Below, piece by piece: positions 51,094 through 64,000 of a stretch of DNA of 64,000 nt (position 1 is the stretch's first letter; every line of letters begins with the position of its first letter). Origin of the DNA: Sarea resinae (taxonomy: Eukaryota); contig JAPEUD010000017.1 of assembly GCA_026026165.1 (NCBI GenBank), forward strand, positions 248,001 to 312,000, in the 5' to 3' direction. A model generated the notes under the pieces. That model searched no databases, was not told where the DNA came from, and saw only the letters and a program-made list of their open reading frames with translations. A program made the position numbers and the translations under genes.

Positions 51094-53945
51094 CTACTGT
51101 TGCTGCTGCTGCTGCTGTTGTTGTTGTTGCTGCTGCTGCTGCCGGGACTGCAGGATGCTTGTGAGCATATTCATGTCGTTGCGCGCGGTAGGGTATTGCT
51201 CTAGGATGCCCTTGACAACGCCGAGTTCCGGAGCGCCGATGCGTGGGACTTGCGCTAGGAGTTGGTGCACAACTGGGGAGTCGGCAAGCGGACCCATCAT
51301 ATGAGATGCGAGGGCCAGGCCAGTTAGGTGAGGGCCAGGCGGGCCCGCGGTGTAAGGAGATTGGAGGTAGGGTTGTGGCGGGGGGATAGGATAAGGTTGA
51401 TGAGAGCCGTTGTTGTATGGCAGCTGAGGCGCTTGAGCTGGCGTGCCGTTGGAAGGCGCTGCACCGTATCCGACCGGGGAAATGTGCGAGCCTGGCTGTT
51501 GGCCCATAGAGATGGGTGTCTGTGCAGTGGTGGCAGATGGATGAGGAGCGATGGGGCTTTCGGCCGACAACTCAGGCTGACGAGGCGTGCCTTGTTGTGA
51601 CGATGGAGTTGCATTCGATGCGCTTTTGATAACGAACGTAACAAGCAGCACGCGCTCTAGGCGATTGTCCTCGATGGTGTTTTCGAGGATCTCGACAAAA
51701 TCGGGTTTTTTGCCCGTTCCTGCCTCCAGCGGGACGATGTAGATGTCTCTGATAGCCGGATGCGCATGCTTGCCCACAACACCGTAGCGTTTGCGCTCGG
51801 CGAAGTAATTGAAGAGGTTGTTGAATTCAGAGCCTGCAATCGCGCCGCCAGAAGGAGTCAGAGCAATGACCGAGACGTCGGTGGTGTGGCTCCATTTGAG
51901 GCCGCAAAGATACTCGCTTGCGCGATTAATGTCGATACGACCGTCGACATTCAGGACGGGAGGAAGCAGCTGAGACCAAGGAATCAAAGGGCTCAAGTCT
52001 GCACCGCCGACGTGTTTGCCACTGGCAGGGCAGGAGGCAACGTTCGACATTGAAAGCTTCCCGTGCCAGATGACGGCAGGGTCAGAAGTGTAGTCTGTCG
52101 GCGAGTAAGGGGGAGATTCGACATCTTCTTCATCTTTGAGGAGCTGGTCGATCTCTGCATCCACGGCTTGATTTTGCGGCTGTGCAGGAACGGCTCCAGA
52201 AGATCTTCGTAAGGGTGGCTTTTGCAATGGCCGCTTCTCTGCGTCGGGCGAGTGCACGCTGGACCATACATTCTGGATGTCGAACGATGTTGACGATTTT
52301 CTTCCTGGGGCGCCTTGAGGGGAAGCTTTGGTGTCTACAGTCAAAGGCTTGCCCTCAGTCGAGGGCTTTTCGTCGTGGCGATATGCAATGTCTTCTGGAA
52401 GCTCGACAGCAGCAGGACTAGTTGATCGGTTCTCAGGAGAATTGGACGAATGTCCAGCTCCTGACTCCATCTCGCTTTCCCGACGCCGGGGCGGTGCTGG
52501 CGTAAATACTGGCTCGTTGCCAACTCCAAACTGTTCATCCCCACCAACGACTTCCTCTCCCTTGTGCGTGCGTCGGATCCGCGGCCCTGTTTCCTGAATG
52601 AGCATGTGCTGCTTCTCAGCCTCCTTTTTCATTTCTGCATTGCGTTGCTGCAACTCTTCGCTGGCCATTTCCTCTGAGGTCAAAGCAGCGAAATCCTGCG
52701 GAGACAGAATCTCATTGAGAAGTCTGTCTCGAAGAGCAGGGTTCTTTTTTATGTTGAACATAATGGATCGAAGTTTCGCGCGATAAGCCTCACCAATATC
52801 TGCAGAGTGATTCATGAATACAGCATGCTCTACTTGCAGTCCCAGCTGAGACGCTACAGTTTCAGCAGTTTCTCCCTCAGGCAGGCTGTACTTCCCACCC
52901 GCCACAGCTTGTTGTATTTGGTCGGTGAAGACCTTAATGAGCGCGACCGCACTATGCCTTCGTACATCATTCTCCAGACCTTCTACTCCGCTGACCGGTT
53001 CAATCTGCACTGGGCCACTTTGTGACCCTTTCCTTGCTGCAGAACTGGCCCCTTTACCGGTGCCCTCGGTATGCTGTGCAGAGACTTTGCGCACCTTGGC
53101 TTTGGGCTCCTAGAGTTTGTGAGTTCGGATCGAGACAGAGATCTGGAGGATACTAACCTTTGGACTTCCGCTCGCTGGATCTGGCTCGGCCGCTCCTGGA
53201 AGCTTGCGTTTGCTGGCAGTCTCTACTTTGAGAGCGACCGAGGCTCGCTGTTCTGATGAGACGCTAGGACTCTCGTTCCCTTCAACATTGCTCTGCTCTC
53301 TTTGCGGCGTTCCTTTACGACTGACGTCTTCGCTCGCTTCAGACTTCACATCACTCGTGCGAGACTGTCTCCCCCCCTTTCCTTTCTTCCCACCCTTGCG
53401 GCGCCTTGCCTTCCGTTCTTCCTCTTCGCGTTCCCGCACACGAGCTCTCTCCTCCCACGGTTTCTCTCCTCTTGCGGCTCTGGCTAGTAGCTCTTTGTGA
53501 TCGTTGGGCGAGCACTGCTCACATAGATAGTGTTCAGGAAGCTCCGACTCGACCTCTGTGATCTCCATGCAATCATTGTGCTGCCACACCTCACACTTAT
53601 CGCACTGAATCATCATGCGGCCTCCATCGTCTTCATCGGCACCGCATATGCAGCGGACAACGGCGTCGCCGTCCTCTTCTTCGGACGGCGTGGTGTCGGT
53701 CGCCTGCTGCTTCTTCGATCGAGCAGCAGACTTCTTCGACGCTTTCGAAGCGGGGGTATCGGGGAGATCGATGTTCTTATGCTGGCCTTTGGTCGCACGA
53801 CCAGATCGTCGAGGTTCGTCTGTATAGTAGAGGCATCCCGTTAGCAGATTCTCTTTCGTGAAGGAGTAGAGCCAGGTCGACAGCCCATCTCTCGACGGCT
53901 GTCGCCAACAGATAGACGTGGAACTTATCTAAGCTTACCGGCCAT
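51094..53945 (-). CDS. BYE1: Transcription factor Bye1 (PHD + TFIIS-M + SPOC), 3 exons, C-terminal polyQ
   Basis: [25 protein letters not shown]...[14 protein letters not shown]...[27 protein letters not shown]...[36 protein letters not shown]...IRDIYIVP. Confidence 0.92.
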
Positions 53946-54987
53946 GATGGTTGATAGATACAGAATACGTTGATCTACTGCTGGAGGGTATGTGCACAGG
54001 CTGGACTGGACACGGGCAACGCGTGGAGGGCGCGTGGTGAGCGCGAGGTCTCAAGTCTCACGACTTGCTTCTACAGACAGACGTGACGACTGATGCTTTC
54101 AAATACAGGGAAGATGACCCAAGACACAAGATGACGATGGCTCGAACTAATCCCCTTGATGCCTCGATGCCTTGATCGCCGAATCTGCCGATCTTCCGAT
54201 CTTCAGCCCTGGAGATCTTCCAATCTGCCCTTGACAGTAATTGCCAGACCCTGCCAGATCTGTGATGGTGGTGTTGTCGCTGTGGCGGTGGTTCGACGTG
54301 ATTGTTGGCGATGGATGCGTCAGTCTGCTGGAGCGGTCGTTTGTTGGTCTCGGTTTGCCTCCTTGCCTGCGTTGCTCTCCAATTCAAGGTTGATTGCCGT
54401 TGAGATGATGTCCACCGCACCCAATGAGGCAGTGACTACGAGTAATCCGCAGCAATGTCCTGGACGCGTTCGGATTGATCGCCGTGGTGATCAAAGGACC
54501 CTTCTTTCTCGCGGCTGGAACTTCCTGGTCTTCTCTCTCTCCCATACACAGCCCGCGTGCGGGCAGATTGTCGACTGGTTGAATCGAGATGGATGATGAG
54601 AAGAGAGAGGATCGATCGCATGAGGATCCCAGAGCGGAGAACTTCTACGGTCGCACTCGTGCTTGCTGCCTTCGCTTGCACGTTCCTCATCGTACTCTGC
54701 CGCGTGCGTACTTGACCGTCTTCGCCTTCACCTCATCATTACCCTGCGCAGTACCGACCTATAAAGTACCAAGTACAGGTACCAAGTTGCGTCGATGGAG
54801 ATATCGACAGCCCGAGGCTACAGCGAGATGGATAGCTCATGGAAGGTATTGAATATGGATATCTGGAGCTCTTGTTCGCCTGTTGCCGCGACTCCATTCC
54901 AGACGCTATTCAACCATTCTATTCCATACCACGCTACCACGCTACCACTCCTCAACGGCTGCGAGGTTGACTGTCCCCTCTCATTGA

Positions 54988-56034
54988 GTGCAAGAAAACA
55001 AACAGTCAGGCCACCAACGAGCGCGGCTTCTCGGCGTATTCCAGCACCGCCACGCCACGCTCTATCACGCCGCAAATGGGAACCTCGTCTGTCTAGTCTG
55101 CCCTGTGGAGCTTCGTCTTGATTTCTCCGTGGGAGCTGCACCTGCAAACCCAACATCCATCCTACCAGGCACCAAGAACATGTCAGACATCCGAGATGGG
55201 GCTCTTGGTCCGCCTCCAGGAGCTCTCGGACTGTCTGCGTCGCCGGCAAAGGAGTTGAAGAGCAGAAAGCGCAAGGCCGATGACTACGCCGAGGGCACAG
55301 AGCGAATCAAGCACGCGAGAAGTGCCGAGCTGGTGCCAGCTGCAGAGCAGAGCTCGAGAAGAGCGACTCTAGCGGCCGTTCCAAATCGACCTCGAGATGC
55401 CTCAGCTATCCCATCAGAGCGTTCTCCCGCTCTGCAAAATACGCGCGAACCTACCTCAAGCTCTCCCCTACCGCCAAAGACAGCATCTGAGGCAACCGTG
55501 GTCGACGAGGACGAGTGGGAGAACTTTGAACGAGAAATCGCCGAGGCCTCTCGTGTGTCGGCTCTAGAAGCATTACCAACGATATCGGCCGACGCAGTCA
55601 GTCATGATCAAGCGCTCGAGAGCGCTGGAAAGGGCAAAGCATCAGCATTCCCAGACAGTCAGAGTAAGGGTGACATTGCCGCCCAAGAATATGCCGAGGC
55701 CAACCTGGAAGCATTTGACAGGCTAGAAGCCGAAGTGGAAAGAGCCGCGACGGCAGACGAGAGGGTCGACCGACTTCGACGTCAGTACGAGCAAATCCGG
55801 GCAGTGAGAGAAGCTATTCGTTCTGGTCAACGGTCTCCTGATCGCAATACTCTTATTCCGAGGAATAATTCAACGGAGCCGGAGGTATCGGAGGAACCGA
55901 AGACTGAGCGCGATGTTCGCAAGACGAGGGCCAGAGAGGACACACAGCTCGATGCTACAGGTGACTCCGAAGCCTCAGACGAAGAGGATCCATCGTCCGG
56001 AGATTATCTGAGTCGCTGGTGGGACGAAGTCTAA
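54988..56034 (+). CDS. ZNF830/CCDC16-like spliceosome-associated protein; 5' zinc-finger region apparently frameshifted
   Basis: GNLVCLVC, LKSRKRKA, VVDEDEWENFEREIAE, TISADAVS and coiled coil RVDRLRRQYEQIR. The family assignment rests on recalled motifs and the true start is unclear. Confidence 0.6.
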   Translation: MQENKQSGHQRARLLGVFQHRHATLYHAANGNLVCLVCPVELRLDFSVGAAPANPTSILPGTKNMSDIRDGALGPPPGALGLSASPAKELKSRKRKADDYAEGTERIKHARSAELVPAAEQSSRRATLAAVPNRPRDASAIPSERSPALQNTREPTSSSPLPPKTASEATVVDEDEWENFEREIAEASRVSALEALPTISADAVSHDQALESAGKGKASAFPDSQSKGDIAAQEYAEANLEAFDRLEAEVERAATADERVDRLRRQYEQIRAVREAIRSGQRSPDRNTLIPRNNSTEPEVSEEPKTERDVRKTRAREDTQLDATGDSEASDEEDPSSGDYLSRWWDEV

Positions 56035-57321
56035 ATGCAACTTTCGCTCTGTACTTGTTCGTCTTGACTTTGATGATCCTACCACTCTATATGGCTGTTT
56101 CCCATCCCACTCCTCATCTCGCCTATCCCTCAATCTCTCCTCTGCCCTCTGATCAATAAATTAACACCAACCTCGTCTTCCTCTTCTATACCCTCAGCCT
56201 CGCCGACCGCCCGAGGCCACTCATGGCATCATCATCATCATCATCATATGGAGCATTCTTGGCGCGTGGGCAATCTTCATTCTTCCGTCCTCTTTTTCAA
56301 TTGTATTAAATATGGGGCCTCGGGAACGGGCGGATTGGGTCTACCGAAAAGTTATGGCTCTCCCAGAAATAAGGGTTAACTGAAAAGCTATTCCTTTTCT
56401 AAAACGAACAGTGCAAACACTTTTCTTATGCATAATTCTAATGACCTATTCAAAATATGTGAAAAGTGTTTTGGTTCCTTGGATATGTGAATCCATGTGT
56501 CGTCCTCTCTCCCTCCCTCTCTCTCTTGCTGCGAACGTTCGTCGAACGTCTCAATCCGCATTTATTTTCAACGTACTCGGATCACCTACTTGGCAAATCA
56601 AACTCATATCTTGAGACGTTCGATGATATAAGTGCGAAAACCCCGCCCCTATTGGACTGATACTTACCTTAGGTATGTCTACTATCTAATACCACGCACG
56701 TACACTTAGTACCTATCTACCTACCTACCTACATTATCCTAGGACGTCAACTACAATCCGATGCTCATCTATGCCACACCTCTCTATCCACGCAGCGCCG
56801 AGCTCAGATAATCGTTAAACACCTCCGTACTTCAATATAACAAGTCAAAAAAGAGCGACAATCGACAAACAATCCAATCCTTCCCGCCCCCCACACACAC
56901 AGAGTTCTAAACCCCAAAATCTCTATAAACACAAAAAGGTGCGGATATGATATCGTATAGTTCACGAAGACCGTACTATAGAAACAAAGTAGGCTGTTAT
57001 CGGTGGTGGCAAGTCTCTCTATTTTATGAATCAGATACTTACCTCTAGGTAGGGAGGGTAGAGGGTAGGTAAGAGATAGGTAGGTAAAGTAGGTAGTTGA
57101 GATAAATCGCACTCCCCCCCCCCTGGCACAGGCAGCCGCGCGCACGCAGCCGCGCCGCCAGGTCGGCCAACGAGCAACGAGCAACGAGCAACGAGTAATG
57201 CGCAGGCGACAGGGCATTGATCTCACGATAGTCTTCCCTCCCCACGAGCCCCCCGGGGCGTTCCAGTCCAGTCCATAAGCGAAACCAGGGGGGGTTTACT
57301 CGCCACTCGGTTGGCCTTCCG

Positions 57322-57425
57322 GCGTGTGCGTGCGTGCGTGCGTGCGTGTGTGTGTGTGTGTGTCAGCCCAGACGGACAGACGACAGATCTCACGATGTTT
57401 TTTACCGACCGACCGACCGACCGAC
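57322..57425. repeat. Compound microsatellite cluster (CGTG)n(TG)n and (CCGA)n
   Basis: Direct reading. Confidence 0.85.
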
Positions 57426-58075
57426 GATCGATGGCGGCCGCCAAGATCGTCCACTACCTGAGGTAGGTACGGTAGTCAAGGTACGAAGCTACGAAGAAGC
57501 TACGAAAAGGTACGGAGTGACTATCGTGAGATTAGAGTTTGCCTTATGCGAGATCCGTGGGTGACACCTTTTCGCCACTGTGGGGGGGACGGGAGGGACC
57601 TAAGGTAGGTAGGTGACATGGATCCTTGTCTCGGGTTCTGTGGTGTCGTTGGAAGCGAATGGAAGCGAAAGACGACGACGATCGTGACGACGTCTGATGT
57701 TTGAATGCGCAAGACAGGTCAACAATTGGCGTTTGGGCTTTGCACTTGAGGGGATATAAGAGTGTGGTTGGTATTTCAATGGATTAAGCTTCTGCTAGAG
57801 CTAGAGACGAGGGTTAGAATGTGCTCCCAGTCCCATGCTTTATCTTCTCGATATTCAAAAGGCGACGGCACCAGAACAGAAACAGCAACAGCTCCGTCCA
57901 TCTATCGAACAAACGCCTCCCTTGATGCCTGTGCAACAACAACAAATAGAACTTTTGCATAGTCCTCGGCCCCCCGCCCGACACTCGCGAGGGAAATCTA
58001 TAATTAAGAAAGGAAAAGAAACATTGATGGGGCTAGCGAGGGGAGTGAGATTTTGATATGGTCGAGATGAGTCGA

Positions 58076-59292
58076 TTAGTAGCATGAGTAGCCACCCTAG
58101 AGTAATTATTGTCAGCCGCAAAAATCGAGTCTTCTTCGGAAATGCATCCAACTCACATCAATGATACAGTTGGAACCAGTCATGAAGCTCGAAGCGTCAG
58201 ATGCAAGATACGTGGCAAGTCCATTGAGCTCATCGGGATCGCCCAAGCGCTCCTGGGGAGTCAAGGAAGTCCAGATCTTCTTCTGGGCGTCCAGAGCAGG
58301 AACGCGGTTCAGTGCCGTGTCCATGTAACCCGGGGAGATGGAGTTGACGCGGATCTTGTACTTGGCCCATTCGGCGGCGAGGGACTTGGTCAGCTGAATG
58401 ACGCCGGCCTTGGAGGCGTTGTAGCATGACTGTTCTTGTGGGTAATTGACAACGGTTCCGGACATGGACGCGATGTTGACGATGGCGCCGCCTCGGCCCT
58501 GCTGGATCATAGCGCGGCCAACCGCCTGAGCAACGAGGAAAGAGCCGGTGATGTTGATGTCGATAAGGCGGCGGAACATGGCATGGTCGTAGACCTCGGC
58601 CTTGATGTTGGAGCTGAGTGACGTTAGAATTGCTACGCCGAAACATGTGCTCTTGAAAACCTACTCTGCGATACCAGCCGAGTTGACCAAGACATCAACT
58701 GAGCCGAAAGTGCTGACAATGTTGTCGACAACCTCGGCGATGGCACCTCCGTCGCGCACATCGACCTTATAGAACTGGACCGGGATGCCCGTCTGGGCGT
58801 GAAGGTCGGCAGCAGCCTTGTCGCCAATTTCTTGTTGGATATCAAGGATGGCAATCGCCTTTGCGCCGACTTCGCTCATGGCTTGAGCCATGCCGTATCC
58901 GAGGCCACGAGCACCGCTATAATAGGTCAACAAAAAGCTATCTCGATATATGCGACACGAACTCACCCAGTGATGACGGCAACTTTGCCTTGAAGCGTAA
59001 ACTTCTTGAGCGTAGGCGTCAAGGTGTCGATGACGCCCTTGCCCAAAGGCACTGCGGCTCTCGTGTCATCCGCGCCGAAGGCAACCGGCTTTGCTTCCCC
59101 GACCGGGAGAACGGTCTCAACGGGATTCTTGGCCCCTTGCGCAGGAGCTTTTTCCGAGTGATAGCTCGAAACTGGGACCTGCTTCTCAGCGACCTTTTCT
59201 TGCATGCGAAGAGCGGCCGAAGCGAAGGATCGAGCGGCGAGGGGGGCTCTGGCCGTGGAGGCTCGGAGAGCTGTCGTTCGGAGAGCGAACAT
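58076..59292 (-). CDS. Short-chain dehydrogenase/reductase (D-arabinitol dehydrogenase / sorbose reductase-like) with mitochondrial presequence, 4 exons
   Basis: Motifs VAVITG|GARGLG, LVNSAGI, ASMSG, YNASKAGV, RVNSISPGYMDT and IID|GGYSCY*; N-terminus MFALRTTALRASTARAPLAARSF. Confidence 0.9.
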
Positions 59293-62200
59293 TGTGATTG
59301 TTGGTGGGAAAATGTGATGAGAACACTGGAGAAGTTGTGGTAGAGTTCGGTCCAGGGGACAATCCTTGGAGTGAAAGCAAGTGTCTTGAGAGTAGTGGAA
59401 AAATATATTATCAGGGACAGGAAGCCGTATCTAACCACTCCGCTGAGCGAATTGGTTCAGTATATATCTGGAGCACCCTCACTAGCAGGCGCATATGACA
59501 AGGTGGGTGGAAAGGTAGACAATCGGAGGATTGAGGGATATCTTTACGAGGAGTCGAACGTTCTATATTATCGAGGATGAGTCGGACTCTTTTCGTGGGC
59601 AGATGATTGAATGAGTTGGAGGATGACAGGAAGGTCATCGCCGAAGGAAAGAGGCGGGCAAGCTTTTTAAAGGCAATCCAGGGCCCGTCACCAGTAGCAC
59701 CACCATCAACAGGACAAGTCGCCCGTTTCACAGCACCCATCAGACAGAAGCAAGCAGACAGCTGGGAGGCAGGTACGCAAGTTGAGAGGTAGAGAGCTTC
59801 GAGAGGTACACCGGGAGGAGAAGCAGGCCAGCACAAAAGAGATAAGAGTTTGGAGAGGATAGCTTGTATCCGGATGTAGCAGCAGTGTAACTTGCATGGC
59901 AATACGACCTGATGGAAGTTCCCTGATGGTGTCCAGTCTATTTACAGAGGCCAAAGTAGCCAAGTGTCCGTGCAACGTTGGAACTAGGCGATTTGCGATC
60001 GAGGATGGTCGAAGATGGTCGAGGATAGTCGAGGATGGGCAAGGCCGCATTCAGGGACGACAGGACGAAGTGGGTAGCGAGGTGCCAAGCGAGGACAAGC
60101 GGGAGACGGGGGGGTGGAGGGGGGGGAGGGGCCTCCCATTAGGGTGTCAAGTAGACAGCCAGGGAAGCGAATGAATAGTGGAACCCGCTTGACTTTTTCT
60201 TGGACGGACTCTGTACGAAGTCACAATACTCGAGTACTCGTAGTCCTGCACAGTACTACTGCGTACTATGGATCTCTCGTGGGGTGCAGGGCGGAAGTGG
60301 GCGACGGTACGGAGTACAATGTAGGCCAGGGTGGGCGGACGTGGGCGGACGTGGGCGGTCGGGTGGAGGGACAGTGGAGGGATCGTGGAGGAATGCAGAG
60401 ATTGTTCCGCGTTCGAGTAACGTGAGGCGCCTGCAAAGAGCAAAGAAAACAGAAAATGCTAAGAAAGATGATGCTGAAGGCAACGGCACCAAGATGGGGC
60501 GGAACGCAACGATCAACCAGTAGTCACCGCTAGTCTCCCATCTTCGTCCATCTTGCCCCCATCCCGCACGCACCATCATCTCATCTAAAAGTCTCGGATG
60601 CGTAGCCCTAATGCCTGGTCCTGGCTGCGCGCTTACTCGGTAACGTTACCGTCCACCACTGCGTCAAGCTAAATCATCATCAATCTTAACTGCCGTCACG
60701 CGCACGAGCAAAAAGGAAAGCATTGACCGTAACAGCGGTGAAGAGAGCATGTCTGAACTCCACCCATCCGTGCTGAATCCTTGAAGCAATCCATGTCTCC
60801 TGGCCGCAAGTCTTACAAATGCGGCATTATCTTCGGCGCCTGTCACCGACGCCCTTCAGCTGCCATGGGCTCTCAACCCTCGTCATGCTAAAAAGAAAAA
60901 AAAAATAAGGGAAACTATAGTTCCCGAGCCGGGCGACAAATCTACTACGTAGTACACTTTATGGCCTTGCAGGCTCCATCCCTGATTCCTACTCTGCTCT
61001 ACTCTACTGCCGTAGCACTACTTCATTACTCGTACATACTAGGAATCTTACTACCTTACATATATGACCTTCGGGGCCGTCTCATCGGCTGACGCGCAAC
61101 GCCAGAATGTCCACTTTTCCCACCGTCCCCAGTTTTCCCCTATCCGGGCTCGAGCTCCCTCATCCATTAAGTCAAGTCTTGCGCCCCATATCCGGCCCGG
61201 CGACCGGCGTTGACTGTCCCTCGTCCGTGAATTCTCCTCTGGTGGATGCTGAACCGCGGGGGACAAGCAAGCCACATGCGCCTTCTCTGCCCTATGGTAA
61301 TTCCACCCGTGGACTGGACACCAATGGAAGAGAAAATGGGCGTGCGTCGATTGAGGGTATCGACCGTAGATACACGGTTGTGTTAGGTCACCGACGGAGG
61401 TCACCTACGGAGTAGTACTACATACATCGAGCTGCTGAATACAGCATGTTTGTTGTGGTGATCGGTGCATAAAACAGCCTGGCATAATTTCTAAGTCTTT
61501 CTCCTTGCCCTCTCTCGCATAGGAGATTGATGCTACTGCTCAGTACTCGCATGCTTCAGTTACATGAGACACCCATGACAATGATGATCGGTGAATGTGG
61601 CATGGTAAGGTGCCTTACCTACCTCACCACTTGCGCGCCGCCGTTCCTTGACCCTTTTGCCTACCTAGGTACCTAAGGTAGGTAACAAAACATGACCAAA
61701 AATAACTGTATCACAGCCTCAAACACGTTACAGGTAACACAACCCCCCAACCTTATCTCTGCCCTACATACCAGTACGGAGTAATGTACTCCTGACAACG
61801 GGCTCCCGGGCTTCTACTCCGTACTTCATACTATCATGGACATGGATGTTTACGCCGTAGTCCTCATCTTGCCCCAAAGAGTATCCCACCGTCCCCATCT
61901 GCATCATGTGGCGTCACGTCACAAGAAAGCAAGAAACCCGTTTGCCATGCATCAATGCGAAAGCCACCCCATCATCATCATCATTAATCATCCACGGAAT
62001 CGTTTCAGGTGTTCGCTGATGCCATGGATTTGTTATGTGCTCTTCTTCGAACAGTGTGGGCGAGAAAGAACATCTTCATGGCTTTTCGTATTGCTTCTGC
62101 TCAGGCCTGACAGGAGCTACATTCAATTAATTCCTCAAGGCCAAAGTGATGGATGTCCCCATTGCCTATCCACGTAGAGGGGAGATACCCTCTCTGATAA

Positions 62201-62782
62201 CGTGAAAGCTACCTACATGCAATCAGCCTGCACGCGTACGTACCTTGGACGGTTCAGCTGGAGACTAGATAACAGAAGAGGGCCATCACGGGTACGTCAG
62301 AGCTGGCAAGAATGCATTTTCGATTCCACTCTAGCGGGAGCTGAAGAACGGCGCCCTAAACACCCCCCCCTCCCCATCATGCTTCATTGGATGCTTGCTA
62401 CCTGAACAGCAAAATCGAGATGCGGTATCAGAAGAGAGACAGGCGGGAGCTAGCGGAATCAAGGCGATGAAGGAGGCACATCGAATACAAAAACAGCTCC
62501 ATGCGAAAAGGAGCCACGAGAAGGTAGGTAGGCAGAGCAGCAGAGTGGAAGAAAGATGAAACAAAAGAGGCACAGCAATATGCCACAAAAACTCCGGTTC
62601 AACGCTATGATGAGAGAAGTACCGTAGTAATAGAAGATAGCAAAACGAGAAGCTCCCCCATTCCCATTTTCGTTGGCGTCATGAGAAGCCGTGGCTTTTC
62701 TTGGCCCCTTCTCCCTTCAGTGTCCAGGTACAGGATTCGAGTGTATATGCAGATGAAAGAGAAAAGGGAGCCCCTTTCCGGT

Positions 62783-64000
62783 TCAGACAATCTCGACATA
62801 GTTGCTGCAGCGAATCAACATTAGTACAGAAGATTCTTATCCAATGTTCGGATTGTCGAAGTAAGATCCATTGCCATCAGAAGAATAAGAAACATACCTC
62901 GGAAATATGCCTGTCTTATCACCGATACGGCCAGTCCACCAATCGTTCTTACTCTCCGTTTTCTTCACAATCTCAACAATGTCGCCCTTCTTGAAGCCCA
63001 AATCGCCCGGCTGGTCGGCATCAAACGTAAACAACGCGATAGCCTGGTCCGGTCCAAGTGGTCTCGGCTTGACATCGAACTGCGGTTTTGGCGCCGTCGG
63101 TCGGCGTGGGCGTGGCTTGTCGCTGTACACATAGTCGTCGTCAAATCCGCTTCGCACACTCCCGCTCCTGGTGCGGTTCTCGAGACGGTCGAAGGTCTCG
63201 CTAGGGTTCGCGCGGGAGGTATAGGAGCGCTGAATGCCGCCGGCTGGTTCTCGGTCGTAGACGTCGTCCGTCCAGGTGCTGGCTCTGCTGCGTCTTGTAC
63301 GGTAGCCGTAAGGGTCGTCGTCCATCGGGCCCGAACGTTCAATGGTCGAGCCTGTGCGATCTCGTCTGACACCTTCGCCGTACGCCGAGCCCCTTCTCCC
63401 CTCCCATACCACATCGTCAAGTTTATCGTCGTAGATTGGAACGTCGTTGTAGATGTCGTCGCTGGCCATGTTTCCAACGCCAGCAAAGACTCGGGAATTC
63501 AGTACGCGCATCAGTGGCTCCGCTGCCGGCGGTGGCCTGACGCTCCCTCCGAGCAGTTGAGCCGCCGTGACCCGAGAACTGTAGAGCTTCTCATTTGCGT
63601 CCCTGCGCTCGAGAAGAACACTGCCCTCCAAGGAGACTCCAGCGAAGAGGCCCTTGGTCTTCGAGTAGGAGAAAACACCGGCTACACTTCTGAAGCTCGC
63701 TGCTCCAGCAGCTTCCGCATTACGCCCGACAGGCCCAGCCGCGATCGACACATTCCCTCCCAGTGTTATGGAACCAATCTGAGAAAAGGTCCGCACCGCG
63801 GCCGCGTCGTTGAGGATGAAGACGAAATCCGTCAGCTCAAAACCAATCTGGCCACCAAAGCCACCTCCAGCAGTCGCAATGGCCGAAGGCGCCGACCATC
63901 CGCCGTCGGCCAGACGGGCGACAACAATACCGGACCCAAAACGAGCGGATCCGAGGAATCCCGCCTTGAGTATAGTTATGACCGCCAGACCCTGAAACAA
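62783..64000 (-). CDS. YSC84: Ysc84/Lsb3-like SYLF + SH3 actin/endocytosis protein (5' end outside the window)
   Basis: KAGFLGSARFGSGIVVARL...WSAPSAI, SKTKGLFAGVSLEG; SH3 ALFTFDADQPGDLGFKKGDIV...WWTG...GIFPS|NYVEIV*. Confidence 0.93.

Noticed and set aside
56659..56670. ATACTTACCT resembling the U1 snRNA 5' end
   Set aside because: No U1 stem-loops or Sm site follow; it is part of a TACCTNAGGTA island.
59300..62780. Short ORFs in the long intergenic stretch
   Set aside because: They show no domain motifs, codon bias or coherent splice pattern, so I treated the stretch as promoter and 3' UTR sequence.

Overview
Eukaryotic, intron-rich genomic DNA from a filamentous ascomycete (Pezizomycotina, inferred from gene content, short GT-AG introns with CTRAC branch sites, and protein sequences). 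It is a gene-dense housekeeping region with about 22 protein-coding genes. Left to right: PDR-type ABC transporter, SIRT5-like sirtuin, ICP55, DBF4/nimO, UBC8, panB/ECM31, ATG12, isochorismatase-family hydrolase, YANK/STK32-like kinase, Myb-like protein, RRD1, a small MARCKS/BASP1-like protein, an orphan triple Myb-like protein, ZDS1, MET8, an RGG protein, GPI16, LUC7, BYE1, a ZNF830/CCDC16-like gene, a mitochondrial SDR, and a partial YSC84/LSB3. I recognised no tRNA, rRNA, CRISPR array or intact transposon. The most notable item is that UBC8 can only be assembled through a chain of 8-nt, 3-nt and single-nucleotide exons. Other observations: a self-similar 15-nt LUC7 microexon, a ZNF830-like zinc finger split over three frames, intergenic islands of recurrent TAC...GTA motifs, a hairpin-dense segment after ICP55, and GC-AG introns. 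Gene names come from recalled family motifs; no database searches were run.
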